From: Vampirovibrionaceae bacterium NZW_1234
GTDB taxonomy: Bacteria > Cyanobacteriota > Vampirovibrionia > Vampirovibrionales > JAGQHJ01
Direction: 5' to 3'
Length of the DNA stretch: 64,000 nucleotides
Assembly: GCA_041697335.1 (NCBI GenBank)
Contig: JBGUGD010000015.1
Span: 159,884 to 223,883 of the forward strand
Under the pieces are notes generated by a model. It was not told the DNA's origin and did not search any database. It saw only the letters and a list, made by a program, of their open reading frames with translations. This document shows positions 9,586-18,846 of this stretch, piece after piece. Within the stretch, counting starts at the first letter, position 1. Each line of letters begins with the position of its first letter. Made by a program: the position numbers and the translations under genes.

Positions 9586-10481
9586 ACGCTGAAGACTTTC
9601 CCTCCTTTATCCTATATGGCCCAATTGGGGCTGGCATTTCCACCGCATTAAAGTCCTTTCTGGAATATCGCTATGTCACGGTCGGTGGTGTAACGCCCGC
9701 CTCTGTCGACACCATCCTCACCATGGCCCATCAAGAGCACCGACCCGCCGCCATTGCGCTAGCTTTACCCCCAAACGAAGTGTCCGCCGAGGATGTTACC
9801 CGTCAGCTTCAGGCGTTAAAAGCCACCCATGCCAACCTTAAGTTTCTGTACTTGAGTTGCCCCACCGACGTCTTGATGCAGCGCTTTGCCGCCACCGAAA
9901 AGGCTCACCCTTACGAAAAAGAAGGTGGCATTATGGCGACCCTGGAAGCCGAACAACTGCTATACCGGCCCTTAAAGTCCCTTAGCGACTACCACGTGGA
10001 CACGAGTTCCACCAGCAAGCAGGAATTGGAGCTTAAAATCGCCAAGATCCTGAACATTCAGGTCGGTGTTCAGCCTATGACCATTACGCTGACCTCCTTT
10101 GGCTTCAAGCATGGGGTTCCCACCGATGCCGAGATGGTCTTTGATATGCGCTTTCTACCCAATCCCTTCTACGATGAGTCCTTACGCCCCCTAACAGGCC
10201 TGGACAAACCGGTGTCGGATTATGTCTTCCAGTTTCCGGAAACCCATGACTTTCTGACCCACTGGCAAAATCTTCTGACCCAAAGCCTGCCGATGTTTCA
10301 GCAGCAAGGCAAAACCCGTTTAAACATTGCCATTGGATGCACCGGGGGGCAGCATCGCTCTGTTGCTCTCACCATGGCCTTAGCCCAGTACCTTCAAGAG
10401 CAGTTCCCGACGTTTACCCTTCGGGTTGTTCACAGAGAACAGACTCACTGGCCCAAAAAAACAGCCCTTGGGCAACACTAG
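9576..10481 (+). CDS. rapZ: RapZ/YvcJ-family protein
   Basis: SFGFKHG, DMRFLPNPFY and IAIGCTGGQHRSV; adjacent to yvcK; ATG overlaps the upstream gene end. Confidence 0.92.
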   Translation: MVVNAEDFPSFILYGPIGAGISTALKSFLEYRYVTVGGVTPASVDTILTMAHQEHRPAAIALALPPNEVSAEDVTRQLQALKATHANLKFLYLSCPTDVLMQRFAATEKAHPYEKEGGIMATLEAEQLLYRPLKSLSDYHVDTSSTSKQELELKIAKILNIQVGVQPMTITLTSFGFKHGVPTDAEMVFDMRFLPNPFYDESLRPLTGLDKPVSDYVFQFPETHDFLTHWQNLLTQSLPMFQQQGKTRLNIAIGCTGGQHRSVALTMALAQYLQEQFPTFTLRVVHREQTHWPKKTALGQH

Positions 10482-10499
10482 AGGGATATAGGAACCTGC

Positions 10500-11885
10500 A
10501 TGGGGAAACCGGACTTACATTTAAAACACTGGTCTAAGCAAGCCACCTGGCTGGTTCCCGGCCTCTATATCAAGCGCTGGCTCGGAATTTTGGTCGCCGG
10601 CTTTGTCAGCATTGTCATTGGCGGCGCCTTGTTGTTGAACCTGCAACCCATTACGGCAGCCATTGATTTCATTAAATCCGTTGCCCCGATGATTCCCTCC
10701 TGGGAAAGCGGGACCTTGCTCCTGCTGTTTGGCCTCCTGATGCTATCCATTGGGCTTCGCAAAGCCACAGACAGCGTGTTTGATGCGCTGGGGGCCAGCC
10801 GGGACCCGGACATTCTGGAAGCCTTGTACCGCCGGAATAAGTTGGATCATGGCCCGGATCTGGTGGCCATTGGGGGTGGCACTGGATTATCCTCCCTGCT
10901 TCGCGGCTTAAAAGATTACACCAACAACATTACCGCCATTGTCACGGTGGCCGATGACGGTGGCAGCTCGGGTCGCCTACGCCAGGAATTCGGCATCATT
11001 CCCCCAGGCGACATCCGAAACTGTATTGCGGCGCTTGCCGATGAGGAAAAACTCATTACCGAACTGTTCCAATACCGCTTTAAAACCGGCCATGGACTGG
11101 AAGGCCACTCGTTCGGCAACCTGTTTCTCTCGGTGCTATGCGCCATTACCGGGAACATGGTGCAGGCCGTCAAAGAATCTTCCAAGGTTTTAAACATCCG
11201 GGGCCGCGTGTTGCCCGCCTCGCTGGACAACCTGTGCCTTGTCGCTCAGCTCGAAGGCGGTGTGGAGATCCGGGGCGAGTCCCTGATTCCGACGGCCAAC
11301 AGCAAAATCATGCGGCTGCGCTGTGAGCCCGAAAATCCGGAACCCTTGCCTGAAGTATTGGATGCCATTGCCCGGGCCCAGCTTATTATTCTGGGGCCTG
11401 GCAGTTTGTACACCAGTGTTCTTCCCAATCTGCTGATCCCATCTGTGGCCGAAGCCATTCATCGATCCAAAGCCGTCAAGATCTATGTCTGCAATGTCAT
11501 GACCCAGCGGGGTGAAACCGACGACTTTACCGTGGGCGATCACATTCAGGTGCTCATGGATCACTGTCCGGGCAAGCGCCTCATCGATGCCGTGGTGGTC
11601 AACAACTGGATCCCGGAGCGTCTGGTGGAAAAGTATCAAGCCTCCGGTTCCATTCCCGTAGAAATCGATCGGGAACGCCTGGCGGAAATGGGCATCAACA
11701 TTATCGAACGGGTCCTGGTGGATGAAGGCATGGTGATCCGTCACAACCCTAAAAAGCTTTCCCGGAGCATTATTCACTGGTTTAAAAAAGAGCATCGCCG
11801 ACAAGCCAAGTTCTTGCCGCGCTGGGCCGGAAATGACGACGAAACACCGGAAGAAACCCTTGAAAAAGATTTGATTCAGATTTAA
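10500..11885 (+). CDS. yvcK: YvcK/GlmR (gluconeogenesis factor, CofD-related) with N-terminal membrane segments
   Basis: GGGTGL, DDGGSSGRLR, PPGDIRNC, GHSFGNL and GPGSLYTS; N-terminal PG..IKRW transmembrane extension of the cyanobacterial type. Confidence 0.95.
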   Translation: MGKPDLHLKHWSKQATWLVPGLYIKRWLGILVAGFVSIVIGGALLLNLQPITAAIDFIKSVAPMIPSWESGTLLLLFGLLMLSIGLRKATDSVFDALGASRDPDILEALYRRNKLDHGPDLVAIGGGTGLSSLLRGLKDYTNNITAIVTVADDGGSSGRLRQEFGIIPPGDIRNCIAALADEEKLITELFQYRFKTGHGLEGHSFGNLFLSVLCAITGNMVQAVKESSKVLNIRGRVLPASLDNLCLVAQLEGGVEIRGESLIPTANSKIMRLRCEPENPEPLPEVLDAIARAQLIILGPGSLYTSVLPNLLIPSVAEAIHRSKAVKIYVCNVMTQRGETDDFTVGDHIQVLMDHCPGKRLIDAVVVNNWIPERLVEKYQASGSIPVEIDRERLAEMGINIIERVLVDEGMVIRHNPKKLSRSIIHWFKKEHRRQAKFLPRWAGNDDETPEETLEKDLIQI

Positions 11886-11931
11886 GATGAGACTTGAATT
11901 TTCGGAGTGTACGCATCAGAAGGACTGACCC

Positions 11932-12837
11932 ATGTCTGTGGCTCCCAAATTGCGCCGGATCACCCCGCAACATCTGATCCAAAAAAAGCGGGACGGGGAA
12001 AAAATCGTTTCACTCACGGCCTATGACTACAGCACAGCCAAGTTGCTGGATCAAACCGGCGTGGTGGACTTCTTGCTGGTGGGTGATTCCTTGGGCATGG
12101 TGATTCTCGGGTATCAAGACACCTTAAGTGTCACCATGGACGATATGTTACACCACGTCAAAGCCGTAACCCGAGGGACACAACGGGCGCTGGTGGTGGC
12201 TGATATGCCGTTTATGAGTGTGCACGTGGACTTTGCCTCCTCGGTTCGCAATGTTGCCCGCATGATTCAAGAGGGTCACGCCAACGCCGTCAAGCTTGAA
12301 GGGGCCTCATCATTGACCCTGGAGATTGTGAAGCATCTCACCGAGATTGGCATTCCCGTCATGGGGCACCTCGGCTTCACCCCCCAATCCGTCCACACGC
12401 TGGGCGGCTACCGGGTTCAGGCCAAGTCCCTGGAGGCCGTTAAAAAGCTGTACAACGATGCCAAGGCCCTGGAAGCCGCTGGCGCCTTTGCCATTGTCCT
12501 GGAAATGGTCCCCACGGAAGTGGCTGACCTGGTCACCCGGCACCTCAAAGTACCCACCATCGGCATCGGGGCCGGAGCGGCCTGCGATGGTCAGATCCTG
12601 GTGGTCGATGACTTTATGGGCAAATACCCGGATCTCAAACCGAAATTTGTCCGCTCCTATGGGCATGTTGGCGAGCAATTGCAAGCCGCGGCCAAGCAGT
12701 ACGCCACCGACATTTATTCCGGGGAATTTCCCCACCCCAATACCGAAAGCTTCCCATTTCCGCTGGAAGATATGGATGCGCTCCGGGCCTTTGAACATGA
12801 GCTAATCACGGAGACCTCTGTCCATGCATCTTGTTGA
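11932..12837 (+). CDS. panB: 3-methyl-2-oxobutanoate hydroxymethyltransferase
   Basis: LTAYDY, LVGDSLGM, ADMPFMS, VKLEG, GHLGFTPQS and IGIGAG. Confidence 0.98.
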   Translation: MSVAPKLRRITPQHLIQKKRDGEKIVSLTAYDYSTAKLLDQTGVVDFLLVGDSLGMVILGYQDTLSVTMDDMLHHVKAVTRGTQRALVVADMPFMSVHVDFASSVRNVARMIQEGHANAVKLEGASSLTLEIVKHLTEIGIPVMGHLGFTPQSVHTLGGYRVQAKSLEAVKKLYNDAKALEAAGAFAIVLEMVPTEVADLVTRHLKVPTIGIGAGAACDGQILVVDDFMGKYPDLKPKFVRSYGHVGEQLQAAAKQYATDIYSGEFPHPNTESFPFPLEDMDALRAFEHELITETSVHASC

Positions 12838-13732
12838 AACCATCGCCCAACTGCGTGCCCTTCGTAACGAGTGGCGCCAAGAGACCGTGGCCTTTGTGCC
12901 CACGATGGGGGCCCTTCATGGCGGCCACCTGTCGCTCATCCAGAAAGCCCGGACGCTGGGCAGCAAGGTCATTGTCAGCATCTATGTCAATCCCCTCCAG
13001 TTCGGGCCTCATGAAGATTTTGAACGATACCCGCGCACCCGGGAAGCCGACCTGGCCTTGTGTGAAGAGTATGCCGTCGATGCCGTTTTCTACCCCGACG
13101 TCCGGGAACTGCACCCGGAGGGCTATGACGCCATTACCCACGTGGTCCCCCCCTTGGCCCTGGTGAACCAGTTTTGCGGCCTGGCCCGTCCCGGGCATTT
13201 TACCGGCGTTGCCACCATTGTGTTGAAGCTCTTTGGTCTGGTTGAACCCCATGTGGCCGTATTTGGTCAAAAAGACGCTCAACAACTGGCCGTCATCCAG
13301 CATATGGTAAAAGACCTGAACCTGCCTGTCACCATTATCCCGGCTCCCACACTGCGAGAAGCCGATGGCCTGGCCATGAGTTCCCGCAACCGATACCTGA
13401 CCCCGGAAACCCGGCGCCAGGCCCGGTTGTTGTCTCGCCTGCTGATTACCGCCCAGGAACTCTACCGCCAAGGCATGGAAACCACGGAAGAAACGCTCCG
13501 TCTGGCCCAAGAGCAGGTCCTGGATGCGGATCTGTATCCGGACTTCGAGCTGGAATATTTTGGTGCAGTGCATCAGGACAGCTTTAGGCCCACCGAGATT
13601 CTGGATGACGATTCCCGGCTGTTGATTGCAGCGCGTCTGGGCCAGGTCCGCCTTATCGACAATGCCCTGATCTCAGACCCTGTTCGCCTGGAAGCCACCC
13701 GCTTCACCCATACTGCCAGCACCTTGTCCTAG
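12824..13732 (+). CDS. panC: Pantoate-beta-alanine ligase
   Basis: VPTMGALHGGH, RPGHFTGV, FGQKDAQQ, GLAMSSRN and RLIDN. Confidence 0.98.
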   Translation: MHLVETIAQLRALRNEWRQETVAFVPTMGALHGGHLSLIQKARTLGSKVIVSIYVNPLQFGPHEDFERYPRTREADLALCEEYAVDAVFYPDVRELHPEGYDAITHVVPPLALVNQFCGLARPGHFTGVATIVLKLFGLVEPHVAVFGQKDAQQLAVIQHMVKDLNLPVTIIPAPTLREADGLAMSSRNRYLTPETRRQARLLSRLLITAQELYRQGMETTEETLRLAQEQVLDADLYPDFELEYFGAVHQDSFRPTEILDDDSRLLIAARLGQVRLIDNALISDPVRLEATRFTHTASTLS

Positions 13733-13828
13733 CCCTGAGTTTGGTCCGGTATTGAAACCGCCCTGTCCCGGGAGACCCGACTTCAATCTCGCCCCCAGGG
13801 ATGCTATGATGCTGCATACGACGATCCC

Positions 13829-14827
13829 ATGCCCTTGATCGGATTCCTCGCCATGGCCACCTCCCCTGAAGTTCCTCCCGCCAAAACCATTGATGCGTCT
13901 CGAATGACGTTGGCTCAGGTCATCTTCCCCCGAGATACCAATGAGCTGGACTTGGCCACAGCCGGCGTTATCCTGAAAACCATTGATATTACGGCCAGCC
14001 TGACGGCGGGCAAGCACTCGCAACGCAAAATCGTCACGGCCTCTCTGGATCGCATGGACTTTGTCCACCCGGCCAAGGTCTGGGAACTGGTCACCACCCG
14101 GGCCTGTTTGACCAAGACGTGGCGCAGTTCCATGGAAATTGAAGTCACCGTCGAGGCCCAACATGCCCGAAGCGGCGAAACCCGCATTGTCGCCCAAGGC
14201 TACCTGGTCTTTGTGGCCCTTCAGGACGATGCCCCCCGTTCCGCCCCGGTTCCGCAACTCATCCTCAGCACCCCGGAAGAAGAGCGAAAAGCCCAGGAAG
14301 CCGAACTCCGCAGAGCCTGCCGTTTGGAAGAACTGAAACTTCTGGGCCATCACCACGAAACCGTCATTCAACCCGACGACCCCTCGGAAACCGTGTGGCG
14401 CACCATGACCCCGGATGACTCCAACATCAACCAGAACGTCTTTGGCGGCATCATTCTGGAGCTGATGCATGATGCCGCCCAGAAAGCCGCCTTTCGCCAC
14501 GTCAACGGCCCCGTGATTTCGGTTCGCCAGGACCGGATGAGCTTTGAACAGCCCGCCTTTATCGGGGAAGAAGTTCGGGCCCAGGCCATCGTCACCCGCA
14601 CCTGGACAACCTCGCTGGAAGTCCAGGTGGATGTCATTGCCAAGGATTACAAAACCCTGGAACAACGCCTGGTCGCAACGAGCTACCTGGTGTTTGTGGC
14701 CCAGGCCCCGGATGGCTCGCCAACCAGAGTCCCCCCGTATGCTCCGCAAACCGCCATGCAACACCGGCGCTGGGAGGAAGCCGACCTACGCTACGCCAGT
14801 CGTCAGGCCGAGCGTCGCATGGATTAA
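13829..14827 (+). CDS. Double hotdog-fold acyl-CoA thioesterase
   Basis: Two hotdog domains (FPRDTN...ASLDRMDFVHP; PDDSN...VFGG...DRMSFEQP). Confidence 0.9.
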   Translation: MPLIGFLAMATSPEVPPAKTIDASRMTLAQVIFPRDTNELDLATAGVILKTIDITASLTAGKHSQRKIVTASLDRMDFVHPAKVWELVTTRACLTKTWRSSMEIEVTVEAQHARSGETRIVAQGYLVFVALQDDAPRSAPVPQLILSTPEEERKAQEAELRRACRLEELKLLGHHHETVIQPDDPSETVWRTMTPDDSNINQNVFGGIILELMHDAAQKAAFRHVNGPVISVRQDRMSFEQPAFIGEEVRAQAIVTRTWTTSLEVQVDVIAKDYKTLEQRLVATSYLVFVAQAPDGSPTRVPPYAPQTAMQHRRWEEADLRYASRQAERRMD

Positions 14828-14906
14828 TTTCATCCTTGGTTTCAGAAGGGGTTTCTGGCATCATGGTGCCTGTCTGATCCGGGTGGTTGCCCCAGAGATT
14901 GGGTTG

Positions 14907-14920
14907 TGTGAGACGCGAGG
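14907..14920 (+). repeat. 14-bp inverted repeat, left copy (TGTGAGACGCGAGG)
   Basis: Exact reverse complement at 16343-16356. Confidence 0.8.
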
Positions 14921-14927
14921 TGCCCCA

Positions 14928-16307
14928 ATGCCCTTTTCAACGTATTTGCCCTATCTTCAGCAAGGCATTGCTGCCATTGAAACCTGGCAGGACCAATGGC
15001 CTCCTTTTGAGGACGATGACAGCACCCAGGTTGCCCCAGAGCGTCTTAAAGCGATTTTTGCAGAGTTTACCGCCCGTCTCAGGGAGAACTACCCGCATTT
15101 TCACCCGCTCTATGCCGGGCAAATGATTAAACCGCCACACCCGGTGTCGGTGCTGGGCTATTTGACGGCCATGCTCATTAACCCCAACAACCATGCCCTG
15201 GACAGCTCTGAAGCCACCTCCAGGATGGAAAAAGAATGCATCCAGCAGCTAGGCCGCATGTTCGGCTACGCCACACCCTTAGGCCATCTCACCGGCGGAG
15301 GAACCGTGGCCAACCTGGAAGCCTTGTGGGTGGCCCAGCAACTTCACCCGGACAAAGCCATTGCCTTTAGCGATCAGGCCCATTACACCCATCGCCGGAT
15401 GTGTGACCTCATTGGAGCCAAAGCCGTGTCCATTCCCAGCCTGCCCACAGGCCAGATAGATTTGGACGCCCTTCGCACGACCCTAGCCACCACCCCCATT
15501 GGCACAGTGGTCGCCACATTGGGGTCTACAGCCTTGGGGGCGCTGGATGAACTTGAGGGCTTGCTGCAACTTCAACAGGAATTCAGCTTTCGCATCCATG
15601 TAGACACGGCCTATGGCGGCTTTTATGCCATTCTCGCAGAAACGGACCCCGCGTTTTCGGTGTATGGCCTGATCCGCCACTGCGACAGCGTGGTCATTGA
15701 CCCGCACAAGCAAGGCCTTCAACCCTATGGGTGCGGGTGTGTTCTCTTCAAAGACCCCTCTGTCGGCCACCTGTACCGCCATGACTCCCCCTACACCTAC
15801 TTCACTTCCGATGAGCTTCACTTGGGCGAAATCAGCCTGGAATGTTCCCGCTCCGGCGCCTCAGCTGCCGCCCTCTGGCTGACCTTGCAGTGTTTTCCCC
15901 TGAGCCCGGATACGGGTTTTGGCCCCATCCTGAAGCAGACCCGCACGGCGGCCCTCACCATGGCACAGGCCCTTCAGGCTTCCTCGGCCTTTGAATTGCA
16001 CCTGTCGCCCCAACTGGACATCGTCACGTATTTTCCTGTCGGCCAAAGCACAGCTGAAATAAGCCAGCGCACCGATGCCATCTTCAAAGCCGCCATGACC
16101 TCTGAGACGGCCCCGCTTTATCTGGCCAAACTCAAGGTGAATGCCCGGACATTTACCACCCAACACCCGCATATTGTAGCCGATAGCGCGGAGGTCACCC
16201 TCTTTCGAAGCTGCCTGCTAAAGCCCGAGCATGCCGCCCACATCGACACCCTGATGACCCACCTGCATCAGCATGCCGCGGCCACCCAAACACCGGTGCC
16301 GCTCTAG
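14928..16307 (+). CDS. Group II PLP-dependent amino-acid decarboxylase
   Basis: GGTVANLEALW, HVDTAYGG, DPHK (PLP lysine) and ECSR; start at ATG 14928 after GAGG. Confidence 0.92.
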   Translation: MPFSTYLPYLQQGIAAIETWQDQWPPFEDDDSTQVAPERLKAIFAEFTARLRENYPHFHPLYAGQMIKPPHPVSVLGYLTAMLINPNNHALDSSEATSRMEKECIQQLGRMFGYATPLGHLTGGGTVANLEALWVAQQLHPDKAIAFSDQAHYTHRRMCDLIGAKAVSIPSLPTGQIDLDALRTTLATTPIGTVVATLGSTALGALDELEGLLQLQQEFSFRIHVDTAYGGFYAILAETDPAFSVYGLIRHCDSVVIDPHKQGLQPYGCGCVLFKDPSVGHLYRHDSPYTYFTSDELHLGEISLECSRSGASAAALWLTLQCFPLSPDTGFGPILKQTRTAALTMAQALQASSAFELHLSPQLDIVTYFPVGQSTAEISQRTDAIFKAAMTSETAPLYLAKLKVNARTFTTQHPHIVADSAEVTLFRSCLLKPEHAAHIDTLMTHLHQHAAATQTPVPL

Positions 16308-16342
16308 GCTTTAACCAAGAGACTCCTACAAAAACGCCCTGG

Positions 16343-16356
16343 CCTCGCGTCTCACA
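16343..16356 (-). repeat. 14-bp inverted repeat, right copy
   Basis: CCTCGCGTCTCACA is the reverse complement of 14907-14920. Confidence 0.8.
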
Positions 16357-16396
16357 TGTCCCCGGGGGGGGATTAAATCCTTCTCCAGCCCGTGGC

Positions 16397-17557
16397 CTAG
16401 GAACCGCCGGAGAGGACCTCTTTGAACTTGCCCATAAAGCTGGTGTGTTGCGCCTTATGCTCTTTGCCGGAGCGCTCGGACTCCAGTTCCCGGAGCTTTT
16501 CCAAAAGCTTTCGCTCTTCGTGGGACAAACGCTTGGGCACCTCCAGAACGACCTGGACGTGGTAGTTGCCATGCTGCCCGGCACTGTTGAGGATGGGAAT
16601 CCCCTGGTTTTTCAAGGTAAAAACCGCCCCACTTTGGGTCCCGGCTGCGATTTTAATCTTATCGGTCCCCTTGAGCAAGGGCACTTCAATGTCATCACCC
16701 AAGGCCAACTGGGAATAGGTCACCGGCACAGAGGCATACAGGTCGTACCCGTCTCGCTGAAAGACCGGGTGCGGCAGGACATGCAAAATGACATACAGAT
16801 CGCCGGACGGACCGTTCATGGGCCCTGCATTGCCTTCACCCCCGACTCGCAAACGGGTGCCGGTATCCACACCGGCAGGCACCGTAATGGACAGGGTCTT
16901 GGTTTCCTGCTCCCGGCCCCGGCCTTCACAGGTGCGACACGGATCCACAATCATGGTGCCCTGGCCCATACAACGGGGGCAGGTGCTGATTTGGGTAAAA
17001 TGCCCGATAATCGTCTGTGTGGTCTGGCGAATCTGACCTTGCCCCATACAGGTTTGGCACACGGCTGGCCCGCCCGAGCCCGGGGACGCACCCGAGCCCT
17101 CGCAGGAGTGGCAATGCTTCAGGCGATTGACTTCAATCTCTTTGCTGATGCCAAAAGCCGCGTCCATAAAATCAATTTCAAGATCATAGCGCAGATCTTC
17201 ACCCCGCATCTGGGTTTGCCCACGACCATATCCTTCCCCCCCGGGGAAGCCACCACCAAAGAACTGGGCGAACAGATCGTTGAGATCCGGAAACCCTTGC
17301 ATAAAGTCCCACGTGGGCTGATACCCACCGCCACGCAAGCCTTCATGGCCATAGGCATCATACACTTGGCGCTTCTGCGGATCACTTAAGACTTCGTACG
17401 CTTCTCCCAGCTCTTTGAAGAGCTCATCGGCGTTGGGGTCCTTGCTCACATCGGGATGGTATTCCCGGGCTTTCTTGCGAAACGATTTCTTGATCTCTTC
17501 GGGAGTTGCGTTTCGTGAGACCTCAAGGATCTCATAATAGTCTCGTTTTCCACTCAT
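16397..17557 (-). CDS. dnaJ: Chaperone DnaJ
   Basis: J domain with HPD, G/F-rich linker, four CxxCxGxG repeats. Confidence 0.98.
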   Translation of the reverse strand: MSGKRDYYEILEVSRNATPEEIKKSFRKKAREYHPDVSKDPNADELFKELGEAYEVLSDPQKRQVYDAYGHEGLRGGGYQPTWDFMQGFPDLNDLFAQFFGGGFPGGEGYGRGQTQMRGEDLRYDLEIDFMDAAFGISKEIEVNRLKHCHSCEGSGASPGSGGPAVCQTCMGQGQIRQTTQTIIGHFTQISTCPRCMGQGTMIVDPCRTCEGRGREQETKTLSITVPAGVDTGTRLRVGGEGNAGPMNGPSGDLYVILHVLPHPVFQRDGYDLYASVPVTYSQLALGDDIEVPLLKGTDKIKIAAGTQSGAVFTLKNQGIPILNSAGQHGNYHVQVVLEVPKRLSHEERKLLEKLRELESERSGKEHKAQHTSFMGKFKEVLSGGS

Positions 17558-17566
17558 AGGGGCGTA

Positions 17567-18196
17567 TTAATGTCCTGTGGTTTGCTGAAAGGGATTGTTC
17601 TTGGCAGCGTCGGGAGAAAACCCACCGGCGCTGGATTCGGTTTCGGCAGCCTCTGCAGGCGTGGCCCCAGCCGGAGCCACCGCGACAACAACCCGAGCCG
17701 GACGAATGACGCGATCGTGCAGAATATACCCATCCTGGTAGACTTCAATAATGCTCTGATCCGGAACATCCCCGTTTTCAACCTGACTGATGGCCTCATG
17801 ACGCTCAGGGTCAAAGGGTTCGCCCTTGGGAGACATCTTGGTCAAGCCCATGTCTTTCAGGTTGTCCAACAACTGCTGGGACAGCATTTCAAAACTCTTA
17901 TACAGCATTTTGGGATCCGAGGTCTCGGACAAGCTTTGCTGGGCCCGCTCCAGATTATCCAGAACCGGTAACAGGTTTTCTAATGTGGCCTGGGCACCGT
18001 ACTTAAACAGGTGTTCCCGTTCCTGGGCCTGGCGCTTGCGAAAATTCTCAAAATCCGCTGCGAGTCGAAGATACCGGTTGTTAAGCTCCTGATACTCGTC
18101 AGAGCCCGGTCCGCCGGTTGCTTCGGCAGCGTGAACATCGCCTTCGGATAACGTGCTTTCCGAGGTTTCGGTCGCCTCTTGTTGTTTGTCCATCAT
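17567..18196 (-). CDS. grpE: Nucleotide exchange factor GrpE
   Basis: RLAADFENFRKR, LLPVLDNLERA, FDPERHEA and GY.LHDRVIRPARV; start MMDKQ after GAAGGA. Confidence 0.97.
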   Translation of the reverse strand: MMDKQQEATETSESTLSEGDVHAAEATGGPGSDEYQELNNRYLRLAADFENFRKRQAQEREHLFKYGAQATLENLLPVLDNLERAQQSLSETSDPKMLYKSFEMLSQQLLDNLKDMGLTKMSPKGEPFDPERHEAISQVENGDVPDQSIIEVYQDGYILHDRVIRPARVVVAVAPAGATPAEAAETESSAGGFSPDAAKNNPFQQTTGH

Positions 18197-18548
18197 GACC
18201 AAATTCCTTCGCAGCCACTGACTCTGATTCATTATAGAACGCTGATGCCGAAGAAAGGAGATCCTTAAGGATTTCTTAAGCACCTCTCCTCCAGCCTGAT
18301 GAATTCCATACGAGCGGCCTGTCCCGAAGAAGCCACGCCTACTCCCAAGCCAAGCGGACCCATGCAACCTAAAAAAGCCTTAAATCCTTACTATTAATAG
18401 TTTTTTAAGAAAAAATACGTTTAAAACCCTTTCAATATGGGAATATAACCAATAAATAAACCCCAAAACAAGGACAACTGATGATGACCCCCTCTTCTAA
18501 AACCCACTTACAACGCTTTATGGCATCAGTACTGCCCTCCCGGGATTC

Positions 18549-18672
18549 CCGTGTGGACAATTTGTCCACACGGTTACTTGTCCCCCTGAACGCGCCGTAC
18601 GGCCAATTTGGCCGTACGGTGAAACCGCCTCCAAATGGCCTATCTGACCGTGCGGACAATTTGTCCGTACGG
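18549..18672. repeat. Three 25-bp palindromes, consensus CCGTRYGGMCAA-T-TTGKCCRYACGG
   Basis: 18549-18573 CCGTGTGGACAATTTGTCCACACGG; 18595-18619 CCGTACGGCCAATTTGGCCGTACGG; 18648-18672 CCGTGCGGACAATTTGTCCGTACGG. Confidence 0.92.
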
Positions 18673-18846
18673 CGAATCATTGGCCAAAAACCCACACGCC
18701 AAACAGGGTGTTCCCCAAGCAAGACCTTGATCTGGCAGGGGCACTTTGAAAAAGCGGCTCCTTTAGGCCACAATAAAACTAACCTGGGAAGGCCCTGATA
18801 CAGCCCTCTCCTGGGGTGGATGTAGCAGCAGTACCGAGGGCGGCCT

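Noticed and set aside
12824..13732. PanC lacking the Cmk fusion seen in many cyanobacteria
   Set aside because: Stand-alone PanC is the general bacterial state; not novel
14544..14927. N-terminal extension of the decarboxylase ORF
   Set aside because: Overlaps the thioesterase gene; recognisable sequence and RBS begin at ATG 14928
18549..18672. Palindrome triplet as a CRISPR mini-array
   Set aside because: Only three non-identical, fully palindromic units with short unequal spacers (21 and 28 bp) and no cas genes; reported as a repeat instead
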